Assembly: GCA_038279365.1 (NCBI GenBank)
Contig: JAYODI010000028.1
Span: forward strand, 1-59,408
Source of the DNA: Candidatus Latescibacterota bacterium
GTDB taxonomy: Bacteria > Latescibacterota > UBA2968
Length of the DNA: 59,408 nt
Direction: 5' to 3'
A program made the translations under genes and the position numbers. The notes beneath the pieces were generated by a model. That model saw nothing but the letters and a program-made list of their open reading frames with translations. It was not told the origin of the DNA and did not search any database. Positions 1 through 9,476 of this stretch are shown one piece after another (the first letter of the stretch is position 1; every line of letters starts with the position of its first letter).

Positions 1-165
1 TTTAGAGCCCCCAAACAGACTTGAAAAAGAGGTTTGCAAGTATTTTTATAATACTTATTATTATCAATAGTCTACATTGTAAATCTGCATCTGCCCAAGA
101 GACAGTGGTTAACCACCACGTTATGGGTGGTTTTTGTTTCTTAACCACAACCCACCAAATAAACC

Positions 166-1938
166 ATGTCTGACGCACGTTCAAAACTCTCAGAAGCACT
201 TGCCAAAGCAGAAAACAAACGCGTTGCTGGTGCACCTGCCTCCAAGTCTGCATCAAAATCTGCCTCTCGGCCTGCACCGGCAAAAAGTCAGACCTCGGCA
301 CCTCGTGCGCCTGCACCAAAACCGAAACAGACCCAAAGCAAACCCAAGCCCCAAAAAGCGCCTAAACCCAAAAAAACAGGGTCAGGTGCCCCCAATGCGA
401 TGTTCAAAAGTTTGTCTAAGTTTGCAACTAACATGCTTGACGAACTAAAAACAGCCACCTCAGAAATATCTCCAGCGGCATTGCTCAACACGGCCACAGA
501 CAGCATCATGTCCATTAAAAAAGCTGTTGGGTTCGACGATACCGCCACTCCGACATCAGGGCAAACCAGTCCCCCACCTTCGACATTCGATGAAACATTG
601 GCAACCTCATCACCGGAACCATCATCGCCAAATGGGGCGATGGAACATCCCCAAAGCCCTCAACCAATGTCTGCGCCAGAAACATCTGCCAATGCCTCAC
701 CAAAAAACATGACATCTCCAGCCAAAGTGCAACGCGTGGCGTCAAAGAAAAAAAGCGAAACCCCCGCACCTGCCAAAAACACAGAACCCACCCAAGAAGA
801 TTTGCTTAAGCAATTAACCTCAGACACACCCATTGAATCAACACCATTTGAAGAACCACCCGCCCCCACATCTTCACCAGCAAAAGTCAAACGTGTGGCT
901 TCTAACAAAAGCAACGAAGAAACATCTGTAGATGAAACTGATGCTGGCAATGAGCCTTTTAGTGAACCGACATCAGAAACAAATCAGAACGACTCCCCTG
1001 CAGCCGATGACCCAACTGATAAATCTCTGACTGCAGAAACAAACCAACCAGCAGATGCATCAGAAGAATCAGCCAAATCAGTCAAAAAGCCTGCCCCCAA
1101 GCCCCAAGCTGCGGCCATATCAAAAACTGAGCACGCCGTTCGGAGCTTCCATGCTTTGCACAGTCTTTTAACCAACCCCTTGTGGGCACCGATTATTACC
1201 AACTTAGAGATAAAACCCAGTTCTCTTTATGCACCCCGTGAAAACTTTGACTCAAATTTTTCAGACCCTGTTTTTAGAGCCGGTTTAAAGTCGGCAAGTC
1301 GTCTGGCAAGCACATTTGGTTTTGAACCTGAAAAAATGCTCTTTAATCAAAAGCTCTTAGAACAAATTAAAACCATTGAAATAGACCCTGGAGAAAAAAT
1401 AAAAGCACACACAGAAAATATCTCATCGGCTATTGGTGATGAGAAGGTGAAAAAAATTTTAGGTATCTATCACAATAAAAATTTCAAACACCTCCTGTTT
1501 TCTGTTGCTACGCGCATGGGGTCATTTGTGCCAACCATTGAAAGTTTGGCACGTATCTACTTAAGTCTTCGCAAAAAAGAACCTCTCAGTTCGGGCGAAC
1601 GCCTCCAAATTCAAGAAGAAATATTGATGCGTTACCGCAAAGCCCCCTACACCGAAGAGATGGGAAAAAAGGCCCGCAACTTGGCACTCAACTATTTCAT
1701 GGATTACATGTCGTCTTATTCCCTGAAAATGTACCTCGACCGATTCAAAGACGCACCAGAAGGACAAGACAATATCGAATCCAGCCAAAGGCGCCATGCC
1801 ACCATTAAGGCATTTTGTTGCAACATGATCGAAGAATGGGCCGAAAAAGTCGCATTGTCATCCCAAGCAGTTATGGCCATGCAAGCAAAATTTTCAGATG
1901 CTGCAGACGCCCATATCGAGAAACTTCTTAGTGAATAA
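166..1938 (+). CDS. Hypothetical protein: long Pro/Ala/Ser/Thr/Lys/Glu-rich disordered N-terminal half and a predicted helical C-terminal domain
   Basis: 590-codon ORF; low complexity to about aa 320 with a duplicated SPAKVxRVAS motif; ends 33 nt before the next gene. Confidence 0.8.
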   Translation: MSDARSKLSEALAKAENKRVAGAPASKSASKSASRPAPAKSQTSAPRAPAPKPKQTQSKPKPQKAPKPKKTGSGAPNAMFKSLSKFATNMLDELKTATSEISPAALLNTATDSIMSIKKAVGFDDTATPTSGQTSPPPSTFDETLATSSPEPSSPNGAMEHPQSPQPMSAPETSANASPKNMTSPAKVQRVASKKKSETPAPAKNTEPTQEDLLKQLTSDTPIESTPFEEPPAPTSSPAKVKRVASNKSNEETSVDETDAGNEPFSEPTSETNQNDSPAADDPTDKSLTAETNQPADASEESAKSVKKPAPKPQAAAISKTEHAVRSFHALHSLLTNPLWAPIITNLEIKPSSLYAPRENFDSNFSDPVFRAGLKSASRLASTFGFEPEKMLFNQKLLEQIKTIEIDPGEKIKAHTENISSAIGDEKVKKILGIYHNKNFKHLLFSVATRMGSFVPTIESLARIYLSLRKKEPLSSGERLQIQEEILMRYRKAPYTEEMGKKARNLALNYFMDYMSSYSLKMYLDRFKDAPEGQDNIESSQRRHATIKAFCCNMIEEWAEKVALSSQAVMAMQAKFSDAADAHIEKLLSE

Positions 1939-1971
1939 CTTGCCCACACTCCAGCACTCGAAAATCTTCTA

Positions 1972-3357
1972 ATGGCGCATATACTGGTCATAGACGACGC
2001 CCATGATATTCGAGAGACGCTCTCCAGAGCCTTCTCTGCACACGGCCATACCGTTTCGGCGGCCATAGATGGCGAAGAGGGCCTTCAAGCCATTCAAAAC
2101 AATGCCCATGATCTCATTTTGCTCGACCTGAGCATGCCACGCATGAATGGTATCCAAGTTTTAGAATCCCTCCCCCAAAAACCCCACTTTGATACTCCCA
2201 TCATTATCCTTACCGCACAAGCAGAGCGTGAACGCATTGTTGAATGCTTAGAAAAAGGTGCCAATGATTATATTGTCAAACCCTTCAGTCTCCAAGAGTT
2301 GCTTGCTCGCACACACGTACAATTGCGCCTTCAAGAACTTGAGCGCAAAATTCGCGATTCCGAAGCTTATCATCGCGCCCTTTTTGAACGCTCATCCGAT
2401 CCTGAGATTGTTGTTGCAAAAAACGGTGACATTCGCCAAGTAAATGATGCGGCTTTACACCTGTTATTACTCAAAGATACGGCGCTGATACAAACACCCA
2501 TTTATGATCTTATTGCAGAACAAGATCAGCGCGAGTTCAGCATCGCATTTGCAGGTGCCTTAGAAGGCAGTGACATGCCCATATTTGAAGTGCACCTCAC
2601 CTTGTCCAATCAACGGTTATTACCCGTTGATGTCGACTTGGCATCTGTGAGCATTAACAACGAGCCACATCTTCTCATTCATCTGCGCGACATCAGCCGC
2701 CGCAAATCTGCCGAAGCCCAATCATCTACGATTCTACATCATATAGGTGATGCGGTGGTCATTACCGATCAAAGCGGCATCATTATGATGGCCAGCAGAA
2801 GCGCAGGACACCTCACGGGTTATCCAGAAGACGAACTTATTGGCATAGACATCTCTGAATTTCATACTGGGTCGGAACCCTTCCCATTGGGTACGCTTCA
2901 AAATAACGACTATGTCTATGAAGGCTTATTTAAGCAAAAAAATGGCAATGTCCTTCCTGCAGAGTGGACATTGGCTGCATTTGAAGTAGCTGGCGACACC
3001 TTCTACATAGGCGTTATTCGTAACTTAACAGACAGACGCCAAGCCGAAACACAAAGAATGGAGGCCTCGCGGTTAAAAACGCTCTTGGAAACCGCTGGGG
3101 GGGCCGCCCACGAAATTAATCAACCCCTTACAGCCATATTGGGGTATGCCGAAATGACACAAAACATTTTGGCTGAACACCAAAACGTCCACAAATATCA
3201 GGAACAAATCATTCAAGCAACTTTGCGCATTAACGACATTTTAAAAAAAATGCAAACCATTCGCAGCTATCAAACACGGCCTTATACACTCGGTCATAAC
3301 ATTGTAGATTTCGACCAATCCAGCCAAGAAGAAGGCGGTGCAACCACACAAGAATAG
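1972..3357 (+). CDS. Response regulator receiver-PAS-PAS-HisKA signalling protein with no HATPase domain
   Basis: ILVIDD, LLDLSMPRMNG and YIVKPF receiver motifs; two PAS-like segments; H-box AHEINQPL close to the C-terminus. Confidence 0.88.
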   Translation: MAHILVIDDAHDIRETLSRAFSAHGHTVSAAIDGEEGLQAIQNNAHDLILLDLSMPRMNGIQVLESLPQKPHFDTPIIILTAQAERERIVECLEKGANDYIVKPFSLQELLARTHVQLRLQELERKIRDSEAYHRALFERSSDPEIVVAKNGDIRQVNDAALHLLLLKDTALIQTPIYDLIAEQDQREFSIAFAGALEGSDMPIFEVHLTLSNQRLLPVDVDLASVSINNEPHLLIHLRDISRRKSAEAQSSTILHHIGDAVVITDQSGIIMMASRSAGHLTGYPEDELIGIDISEFHTGSEPFPLGTLQNNDYVYEGLFKQKNGNVLPAEWTLAAFEVAGDTFYIGVIRNLTDRRQAETQRMEASRLKTLLETAGGAAHEINQPLTAILGYAEMTQNILAEHQNVHKYQEQIIQATLRINDILKKMQTIRSYQTRPYTLGHNIVDFDQSSQEEGGATTQE

Positions 3358-3403
3358 GGTCACACCGCCTTTCGCAACACACCAAATTATTTCTGCCTAC
3401 TTT

Positions 3404-4174
3404 TTAAATATTACCCTCACCCTTTCGCAAGCGGTTGATTTTGCTTGCGGCAACTCCCGCACCAAATCCATTGTCGATATTCACCACCGTAACACCCGAA
3501 GCACAACTGTTTAACATACCCAACAGAGCAGCCACACCTTTAAAACTCGCGCCATATCCCACACTGGTTGGCACTGCAATAACGGGTCCCTCGACCAACC
3601 CACCCACCACACTGGGTAATGCCCCTTCCATGCCTGCTACCACCACCACCACACTGGCCGTTGTAAAACGGTCTCGGCTTGCCAACAAACGATGAATACC
3701 AGCAACCCCCACATCGTAGAGCGTTTCAACCTGATTGCCCATCACCCGTGCCGTAACAACGGTTTCTTCTGCTACTGGTAAATCGGAGGTTCCTGCGGCA
3801 ACCACCAAAATAGTCCCCCTTGTTTGCACCACTGGCGTTTCCCCTAATACCACAACGGTGCGGGCCAAATCATGACAGTCGGCATTTTCAAATGCCTGCG
3901 CCAGTGCAGCACGCTTGGCATCATCGGCTCTTGTGGCCAACATAGTAGACCCTGCATCCACAATGCGTTTGGCAATGTCAACCACTTGTGTCACCGTTTT
4001 TCCTTCACAAAATATAACCTCAGGAAATCCTTGTCTAAGGGCTCGGTGGTGATCTATGCGTGCAAACCCCAAATCTTCAAAGGGCAAATTGGTCAACAAT
4101 TGTATGGCCTCATCCACATTCTTCTGACCACTTTGCACAGCTTCTAATAATGCACGTACTCTTTCTGGTGTCAC
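3404..4174 (-). CDS. larB: Nickel pincer cofactor biosynthesis protein LarB (PurE-like)
   Basis: ARIDHHRALRQGFPEVIF, AGTSDLPVAEE, DVGVAGIHRL, PTSVGYG and NIDNGFGA motifs; GTG start abuts the dusB stop. Confidence 0.92.
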   Translation of the reverse strand: MTPERVRALLEAVQSGQKNVDEAIQLLTNLPFEDLGFARIDHHRALRQGFPEVIFCEGKTVTQVVDIAKRIVDAGSTMLATRADDAKRAALAQAFENADCHDLARTVVVLGETPVVQTRGTILVVAAGTSDLPVAEETVVTARVMGNQVETLYDVGVAGIHRLLASRDRFTTASVVVVVAGMEGALPSVVGGLVEGPVIAVPTSVGYGASFKGVAALLGMLNSCASGVTVVNIDNGFGAGVAASKINRLRKGEGNI

Positions 4175-5164
4175 TTACACGGCCTCCATACATTCGGTTT
4201 GGTCTTGTAATATGGCATACAACAGTTTTTCAACACCCTCTGCATTGTCCTCTGTCATAAGCGCTTGTCGATATTGTGCCGCCCCAGGTACCCCCTTGAT
4301 ATAGGCCGCCAATGGACGACGCATTTCCAGCACCCCTGTGCGGGCACCTTTGGCAAGCACAGACAACCGCAAATGTCTCACGGCCATCTCTATTTTATCT
4401 TTTAGTGTTGGGCCCGGAATCCATTCACCCTTTGCCACAAAGGTTTCTATTTGATTAAAAATCCACGGATTTCCAATTGCCCAACGGCCAATCATCACCA
4501 AATCACAGCCCGTCATTTCCAGCATTTCTTTGGCCAATTCAGGGGTGCGCACATCGCCATTGCCAATAACAGGTATAGACGTTGCCTGTTTGACCTTTGC
4601 AATAATATCCCAGTTGGCTTGCCCCGAAAACTTCGCTTCGCGCGTGCGCCCATGTACGGCAATGGCAGAAGCCCCCGCATCTTGGGCCACCCGTGCCACA
4701 CGCACAGCTTCCTCGGCATCTTCCCAACCACTTCTAATTTTTAGTGTAATAGGCACATCTACGGCCTTAACCATGGCAGAAATGATGCGCCCCAACAAGG
4801 GTGGATCTTTTAGCAAAGCAGCGCCTGCATTGCGTGTCACAATTTTTTTGACGGGGCAACCACAATTAATATCAATCAGGTCGGGTTTTCGTTCGGCAAT
4901 CACCTGTGCCCCATCGGCCATAATTTCGGGTTCAGACCCAAATACCTGCACCGCGATGGGATGCTCATATGCATCAAAATCGAGATATTGACTCGAACGC
5001 TCACTGCCTTCAGACAACCCGCGCGCACTCACCATTTCAGTAACAGCCATGCTGGCACCTTGTTCGCGACAAAGGGTTCGAAAGGCCCGATCTGTCACGC
5101 CTGCAAGGGGGGCCAATACGGTTACACCCTGTATGTCAACATTGCCAATTTTAGTGGCCATCAT
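4175..5164 (-). CDS. dusB: tRNA-dihydrouridine synthase DusB
   Basis: LAPLAGVTD, DINCGCP, HGRT, GNGDV and GRWAIGNPW motifs; start trimmed to MMATK. Confidence 0.9.
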   Translation of the reverse strand: MMATKIGNVDIQGVTVLAPLAGVTDRAFRTLCREQGASMAVTEMVSARGLSEGSERSSQYLDFDAYEHPIAVQVFGSEPEIMADGAQVIAERKPDLIDINCGCPVKKIVTRNAGAALLKDPPLLGRIISAMVKAVDVPITLKIRSGWEDAEEAVRVARVAQDAGASAIAVHGRTREAKFSGQANWDIIAKVKQATSIPVIGNGDVRTPELAKEMLEMTGCDLVMIGRWAIGNPWIFNQIETFVAKGEWIPGPTLKDKIEMAVRHLRLSVLAKGARTGVLEMRRPLAAYIKGVPGAAQYRQALMTEDNAEGVEKLLYAILQDQTECMEAV

Positions 5165-5352
5165 CTCATCTCTCATAAAACATGATGTTATCAAACACAG
5201 CCCATAACCCACTGTCAGTTCTACATCTCAACGGTCAATATATATTACAATATCCACATCATTGTGTAACTATCTTTACTTAGACTGTAAAATCTAACAA
5301 ACAAGCCCCAAATCGCAACCCAAATGAATCAGATGATCTTTAAAAGAAGCAT

Positions 5353-5390
5353 AAAAAAAGCGTTCGGTTTTTGTTTCCGAACGCTCTTTT
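5353..5390 (-). terminator. Intrinsic terminator downstream of the 42-aa small ORF
   Basis: Stem AGCGTTCGG (5359-5367)/CCGAACGCT (5377-5385) flanked by A and T runs. Confidence 0.7.
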
Positions 5391-5392
5391 TA

Positions 5393-5521
5393 TTAATTAG
5401 GATGAATCCAAAGTTTTTTCCATTGAACCATCGTTTGCATTTGTTTCTGTCCCAGATAATAAAGCCCCAACATTTCCGTCACTTTCCTTCTCAATGCTGC
5501 TTTATGATCATCACCTACCAT
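5393..5521 (-). CDS. Small unannotated protein, 42 aa (MVGDDHKAALRRKVTEMLGLYYLGQKQMQTMVQWKKLWIHPN)
   Basis: AGGAGG 5 nt before the ATG; TAA immediately followed by a terminator hairpin; shorter than any ORF in the track. Confidence 0.65.
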   Translation of the reverse strand: MVGDDHKAALRRKVTEMLGLYYLGQKQMQTMVQWKKLWIHPN

Positions 5522-5692
5522 AACAACCTCCTGTTAAAGGGTTGGCAACACCTCACACAAAATAAGCAGGTCAATCGCCAAAGTCAACCCTATCACTTCC
5601 CCAAAAGCACGTATTTCTGCTTTCATCAGTACTTAAACTGGTTTATATTCCTAACATCTTTTCATTTTAACAATTCCAAAGGAGTTGCACGC

Positions 5693-6454
5693 ATGTCAGA
5701 AAATTTACTCAAAAGCAAGTTGGCCAAAGGTGAAGCCGCCATTGGCCCGTTTGTTAATTTAAGTTCGGGTGCCATGATTGAAATTGCTGCTTATGCAGGG
5801 TTTGATTTTGTCATTCTCGACACCGAACATGGCCCACTCGACATCCCCACGTGTGAAGATCTCTGCCGCGTGGCTTATGGCGTTGGCATCACCCCCATTG
5901 TTCGTATACGCGAAAACGACCCGGCCCAAATTTTGCGTGCTCTCGACATTGGTGCAGGAGGTGTTCAGGTGCCTCAAATTTGCACCAAAGCAGATGCCGA
6001 AGCCGTTGTTAAAGCCGCCAAATATGCGCCAATTGGCATGCGCGGTGTTTCCCCTTATACTCGGGCAGCGCGATACTTTGCCGATGGAGCCGCCATTTTC
6101 AAGCGCCTCAATGAAGAATCAATGCTCTTGGTGCACGTAGAAGGCGTTGAAGGCCTTAAAAACCTTGAGGAAATCGTTACCGTCACAGACCTCGACGTGA
6201 TCTTCTTAGGCCCTTATGACCTTTCACAATCCTTGGGGATTCCTGGACAAGTGCACGACCCACGCGTGGTAGACCGCATGCGCCAAGCAGTTGATCTCAT
6301 CAATGGCGCAGGCCTCACCGTTGGCACATTTGCCGATAGCCCAGAAACGGCAAAAATGTGGATCGATGCAGGTGTCAAATATGTATCGCTCTCAGTTGAC
6401 ACAGGCATTTATCTTCGCGGATGCCGACAAATGGTGCAAGAAGTCAGAGGGTAA
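5693..6454 (+). CDS. HpcH/HpaI family class II pyruvate-dependent aldolase
   Basis: GFDFVILDTEHG, RALDIGAGGVQVP and FLGPYDLSQSLG motifs; GGAG RBS before ATG 5693, so the ORF-track N-terminal extension is probably spurious. Confidence 0.9.
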   Translation: MSENLLKSKLAKGEAAIGPFVNLSSGAMIEIAAYAGFDFVILDTEHGPLDIPTCEDLCRVAYGVGITPIVRIRENDPAQILRALDIGAGGVQVPQICTKADAEAVVKAAKYAPIGMRGVSPYTRAARYFADGAAIFKRLNEESMLLVHVEGVEGLKNLEEIVTVTDLDVIFLGPYDLSQSLGIPGQVHDPRVVDRMRQAVDLINGAGLTVGTFADSPETAKMWIDAGVKYVSLSVDTGIYLRGCRQMVQEVRG

Positions 6455-6466
6455 AACACCACCCAT

Positions 6467-6506
6467 AAAAAAAGGGCAGCCTCTACCTGAGGCTGCCCTT
6501 TTTTTT
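6467..6506. terminator. Bidirectional intrinsic terminator between the convergent aldolase and dksA genes
   Basis: A-run/GGGCAGCCTC-TACCT-GAGGCTGCCC/T-run. Confidence 0.85.
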
Positions 6507-6520
6507 ATAAACTCAACCCA

Positions 6521-6967
6521 TTATTCATCATCGTCGGTAGAAATAGGCAAATCATCCCCCATCAAAACGCGCCGACGTGGTCTGTCTTGATAATAATTTT
6601 GTGGCGTACGCTCCATGCGTTCTTGAATTTGCATGGTATAACGCGCCGTTGGTACGGCTTCTAAACGCATGGGATGGATGGGCTCGCCAGATTCTTCACA
6701 AAAACCATAGCTACCATCGGCAATCTTTCCCAAAGCATGATCAATTTCTGACAACTCATGGCGCTCGTGATTGCCCAAAGTGGTCATCAATTCTAGAGAT
6801 GTGGAATTGCCCGCTGCGTCCAATGGATCAGCGGCCACATCACTGCGAATTTCATCAATATCTTCGTCTTGATTGAGCACCTGCTTTAACAGTTGGTGCT
6901 TGCGATCTAATAAGAGCTTTTCATATACCGCGAGCTTTTTTTTGCTCAAGGGTTTTTGTTTTGCCAT
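6521..6967 (-). CDS. dksA: DksA/TraR family RNA polymerase-binding factor with a degenerate zinc finger
   Basis: Coiled-coil tip DPLDAA (DxxDxA); GSYGFCEESGEPI...RLEAVPTAR. Confidence 0.82.
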   Translation of the reverse strand: MAKQKPLSKKKLAVYEKLLLDRKHQLLKQVLNQDEDIDEIRSDVAADPLDAAGNSTSLELMTTLGNHERHELSEIDHALGKIADGSYGFCEESGEPIHPMRLEAVPTARYTMQIQERMERTPQNYYQDRPRRRVLMGDDLPISTDDDE

Positions 6968-7302
6968 ATGCCTTATGGGCCCCCATGACCAACATTAGTA
7001 AATGGTTAGTGATACAAACTTTATCGACAAATAATACCTGAACTTGACAAAAACGAACACTACATAAAATAATTTTTTAAGCAAATACTTAAAAAAAAAC
7101 AATTTAAATCAAAATTTTCAATCTATCATTCTTTGTCTCATAAAAATGAATGCTTCAATTTATGCCACCCGCCCTATCATGTCAAGCCCCCGAGTTCAAA
7201 AAACCATTAAACCCTTGAAAATATTGACAACTTTGCCAGATTTTCTTAAAAAGAAGACGTCAACAATAACCAAAAAGTTTCCTAAAAACTGAGGGTAAGA
7301 TC

Positions 7303-7701
7303 ATGAGATTAAAAAACAAAACGGCTATTTTCTGTATTACCAGCCTTATTTTTTGGGGCGCTTTGGGGTGTAGCAAAGAACCTACGCCTCAAGAAAACAA
7401 CACATTAGGCGAAAATATAGGTGAAAAAATTGATATCAATTGGACCTGGAAACGAACCGTCGATCAAAGCAAAAATGTGGTCTATGGTGTCATAAAAAAC
7501 AAAACGGATCAAAAACTCTCACAGGTCGAACTCGAGTTTCGCACACAAGATGTCAATGGCGCAACCATCCAGAAATTCACATTTCAAATAGAAAATGTTG
7601 ACCCCAATGCAAGAAAGCCATTTACACAAGACTATCCAGCCCAAGCCACACAAGAAGACAGTGGTTTTGTGACCATCAAAAAAATCATGCCTGCCCCTTG
7701 A
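7303..7701 (+). CDS. Lipoprotein with an FxLYD-like Ig-fold domain
   Basis: Signal peptide with lipobox ALGC; GVIKNKT...VELEFRTQDVNG pattern. Confidence 0.65.
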   Translation: MRLKNKTAIFCITSLIFWGALGCSKEPTPQENNTLGENIGEKIDINWTWKRTVDQSKNVVYGVIKNKTDQKLSQVELEFRTQDVNGATIQKFTFQIENVDPNARKPFTQDYPAQATQEDSGFVTIKKIMPAP

Positions 7702-9400
7702 TGGAAGCCAAAAAGTCTGTTAAACACAGGGCATTTTGAACATCCCCTACTTCCAAGCCACCCTTTCGGGCAATGCCGACACCAAAGTGCATATCCGATA
7801 ACCCAAGTATATGATGGGCATCGGTATTGATGGGGATTTTTACACCTTTTTCTTTGGCATATGCCAAATGACGCCAATCCAACTCCAAGCGAGCTGGGTT
7901 GGCGTTTATTTCTATGGCCGTGTGGGTTTCTGCTGCGGCATCTATGACCGCACGAATATTTAATGGATATCCTTCCCGTGACAACAACAATCGCCCCGTC
8001 AAATGCCCCAAAATATCCACATGTGGATTCTCTATGGCACGAATGACACGCTCGGTAGCCTCGGTTTCACTCATTGAAAACTTTGAATGAATTGAGGCCA
8101 CAACCACATCAAATTCGGCCAAAAATTCATCGTCAAAATCCAAACGTCCATCGCCTAAGATATCTACTTCAATGCCCTTGAGCACCCGAATTCCATTAAG
8201 AGTTTCATTGACATTGTCAATCTCTGCCCATTGCGCACGCACGCGCGCTTCATTGAGTCCATTGGCATAGGCCGCAGCCTTGCTGTGATCACAAATACCA
8301 ATATAAGAATAGCCCAATTCCAAAGCGGCCTTGGCCATTTCTTCTACTGTATTGCGCCCATCGCTATAGGTTGTATGCACATGGAGTGTGCCTTGCAAAT
8401 CTTTCTCGGTCACCAATTTGGGCAACTGCCCTTTTTCTGCGGCTTCTATCTCACCCAGCCCTTCACGCAACTCAGGGGGGATATAGGCCAAACCCAACGC
8501 AGCAAACAACGCTTTTTCATCTTCACAAGCAATGCCCGTCTCACCGTCAAAGAGCCCATATTCATTCAGTTTCCAACCGCGTTCTTTGGCCCTTTGGCGC
8601 ATCAAGGTATTGTGTTCTTTGCTTCCCGTAAAATGATGGATGGTATAGGGAAATTCATCATCCGTCACCATGCGCAAATCGACACTCATCCCCGATTCCA
8701 AAATCACACTTACCTTGGTATCGCCCTTGCCAGTCACTTCCTCTACCGATTGGTGATTTGCAAACGCATCTCCCAATGCCTGTGGATCAGCACAGCTCAC
8801 CACAATATCCACATCTTTGCTGGTTTCCATTTTTCGGCGCACACTGCCAGTCACTTCCAAACGAATCACACCAGGCAAGTCCTTTAAAAAACCGCGCAAA
8901 TTTTCAGCTTCTGCTTGCGCGGTTCTACTCAAAAAGCGCCCGCGATGTTTTTGCAGATAAGAAACGCCCTGCAAGATATTTTGTGCCGTCTTCTTCCCAA
9001 AACCACTGAGCTGTTCAATATCTCCCGCTTCGCAGGCTTTGGCCAATGCATCCACATCAGCAATACCCAAAGCTTCATAAATAGCCCGTACACGCTTTGC
9101 ACCCAATCCTGGAACCTCTAATATTTCCAATAATCCTTCAGGGATTTCACTTTTTAATTCGTCCAACCCAGGCAATTTTCCGGTCTCAACAAGCACGGTG
9201 ATATTCTCGGCCAATTTTTGGCCAATCCCCCTCACCGAATCCAAGGTGCCATTTTCAATTAAGGTTGTAACAGGTTCTTTCAACAACTCTATTTGCCGAA
9301 CTGCATTGCTATAAGACCGAATGCGAAACGCATTTTCGCCATTGAGTTCCATGAGGGTTGCCATTTCTTCCAATGACAAGGCTATATCTTTATTATTCAT
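7685..9400 (-). CDS. polX: DNA polymerase X with a C-terminal PHP exonuclease domain
   Basis: HhH motifs (RGIGQK, PGLGAK); GSVRR...KDVDI and VDLR catalytic Asps; HFTGSKEHN; PHP motifs HVHT, DHS and DAH. Confidence 0.93.
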   Translation of the reverse strand: MNNKDIALSLEEMATLMELNGENAFRIRSYSNAVRQIELLKEPVTTLIENGTLDSVRGIGQKLAENITVLVETGKLPGLDELKSEIPEGLLEILEVPGLGAKRVRAIYEALGIADVDALAKACEAGDIEQLSGFGKKTAQNILQGVSYLQKHRGRFLSRTAQAEAENLRGFLKDLPGVIRLEVTGSVRRKMETSKDVDIVVSCADPQALGDAFANHQSVEEVTGKGDTKVSVILESGMSVDLRMVTDDEFPYTIHHFTGSKEHNTLMRQRAKERGWKLNEYGLFDGETGIACEDEKALFAALGLAYIPPELREGLGEIEAAEKGQLPKLVTEKDLQGTLHVHTTYSDGRNTVEEMAKAALELGYSYIGICDHSKAAAYANGLNEARVRAQWAEIDNVNETLNGIRVLKGIEVDILGDGRLDFDDEFLAEFDVVVASIHSKFSMSETEATERVIRAIENPHVDILGHLTGRLLLSREGYPLNIRAVIDAAAETHTAIEINANPARLELDWRHLAYAKEKGVKIPINTDAHHILGLSDMHFGVGIARKGGLEVGDVQNALCLTDFLASIKGQA

Positions 9401-9476
9401 TAAAACCCATCCCAATTATGTCATGCAAATACATGCACCGTGAAATTTTGTGGACATTTTGGCCTCAGCACATATT

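Noticed and set aside
5324-5692. 123-aa N-terminal extension of the aldolase in the ORF track
   Set aside because: It spans a terminator and the antisense small ORF, and a good RBS precedes ATG 5693.
7685-9400. PolX as a non-canonical inactive variant
   Set aside because: The DVD and third catalytic Asp are intact, so it is an ordinary PolX-PHP.
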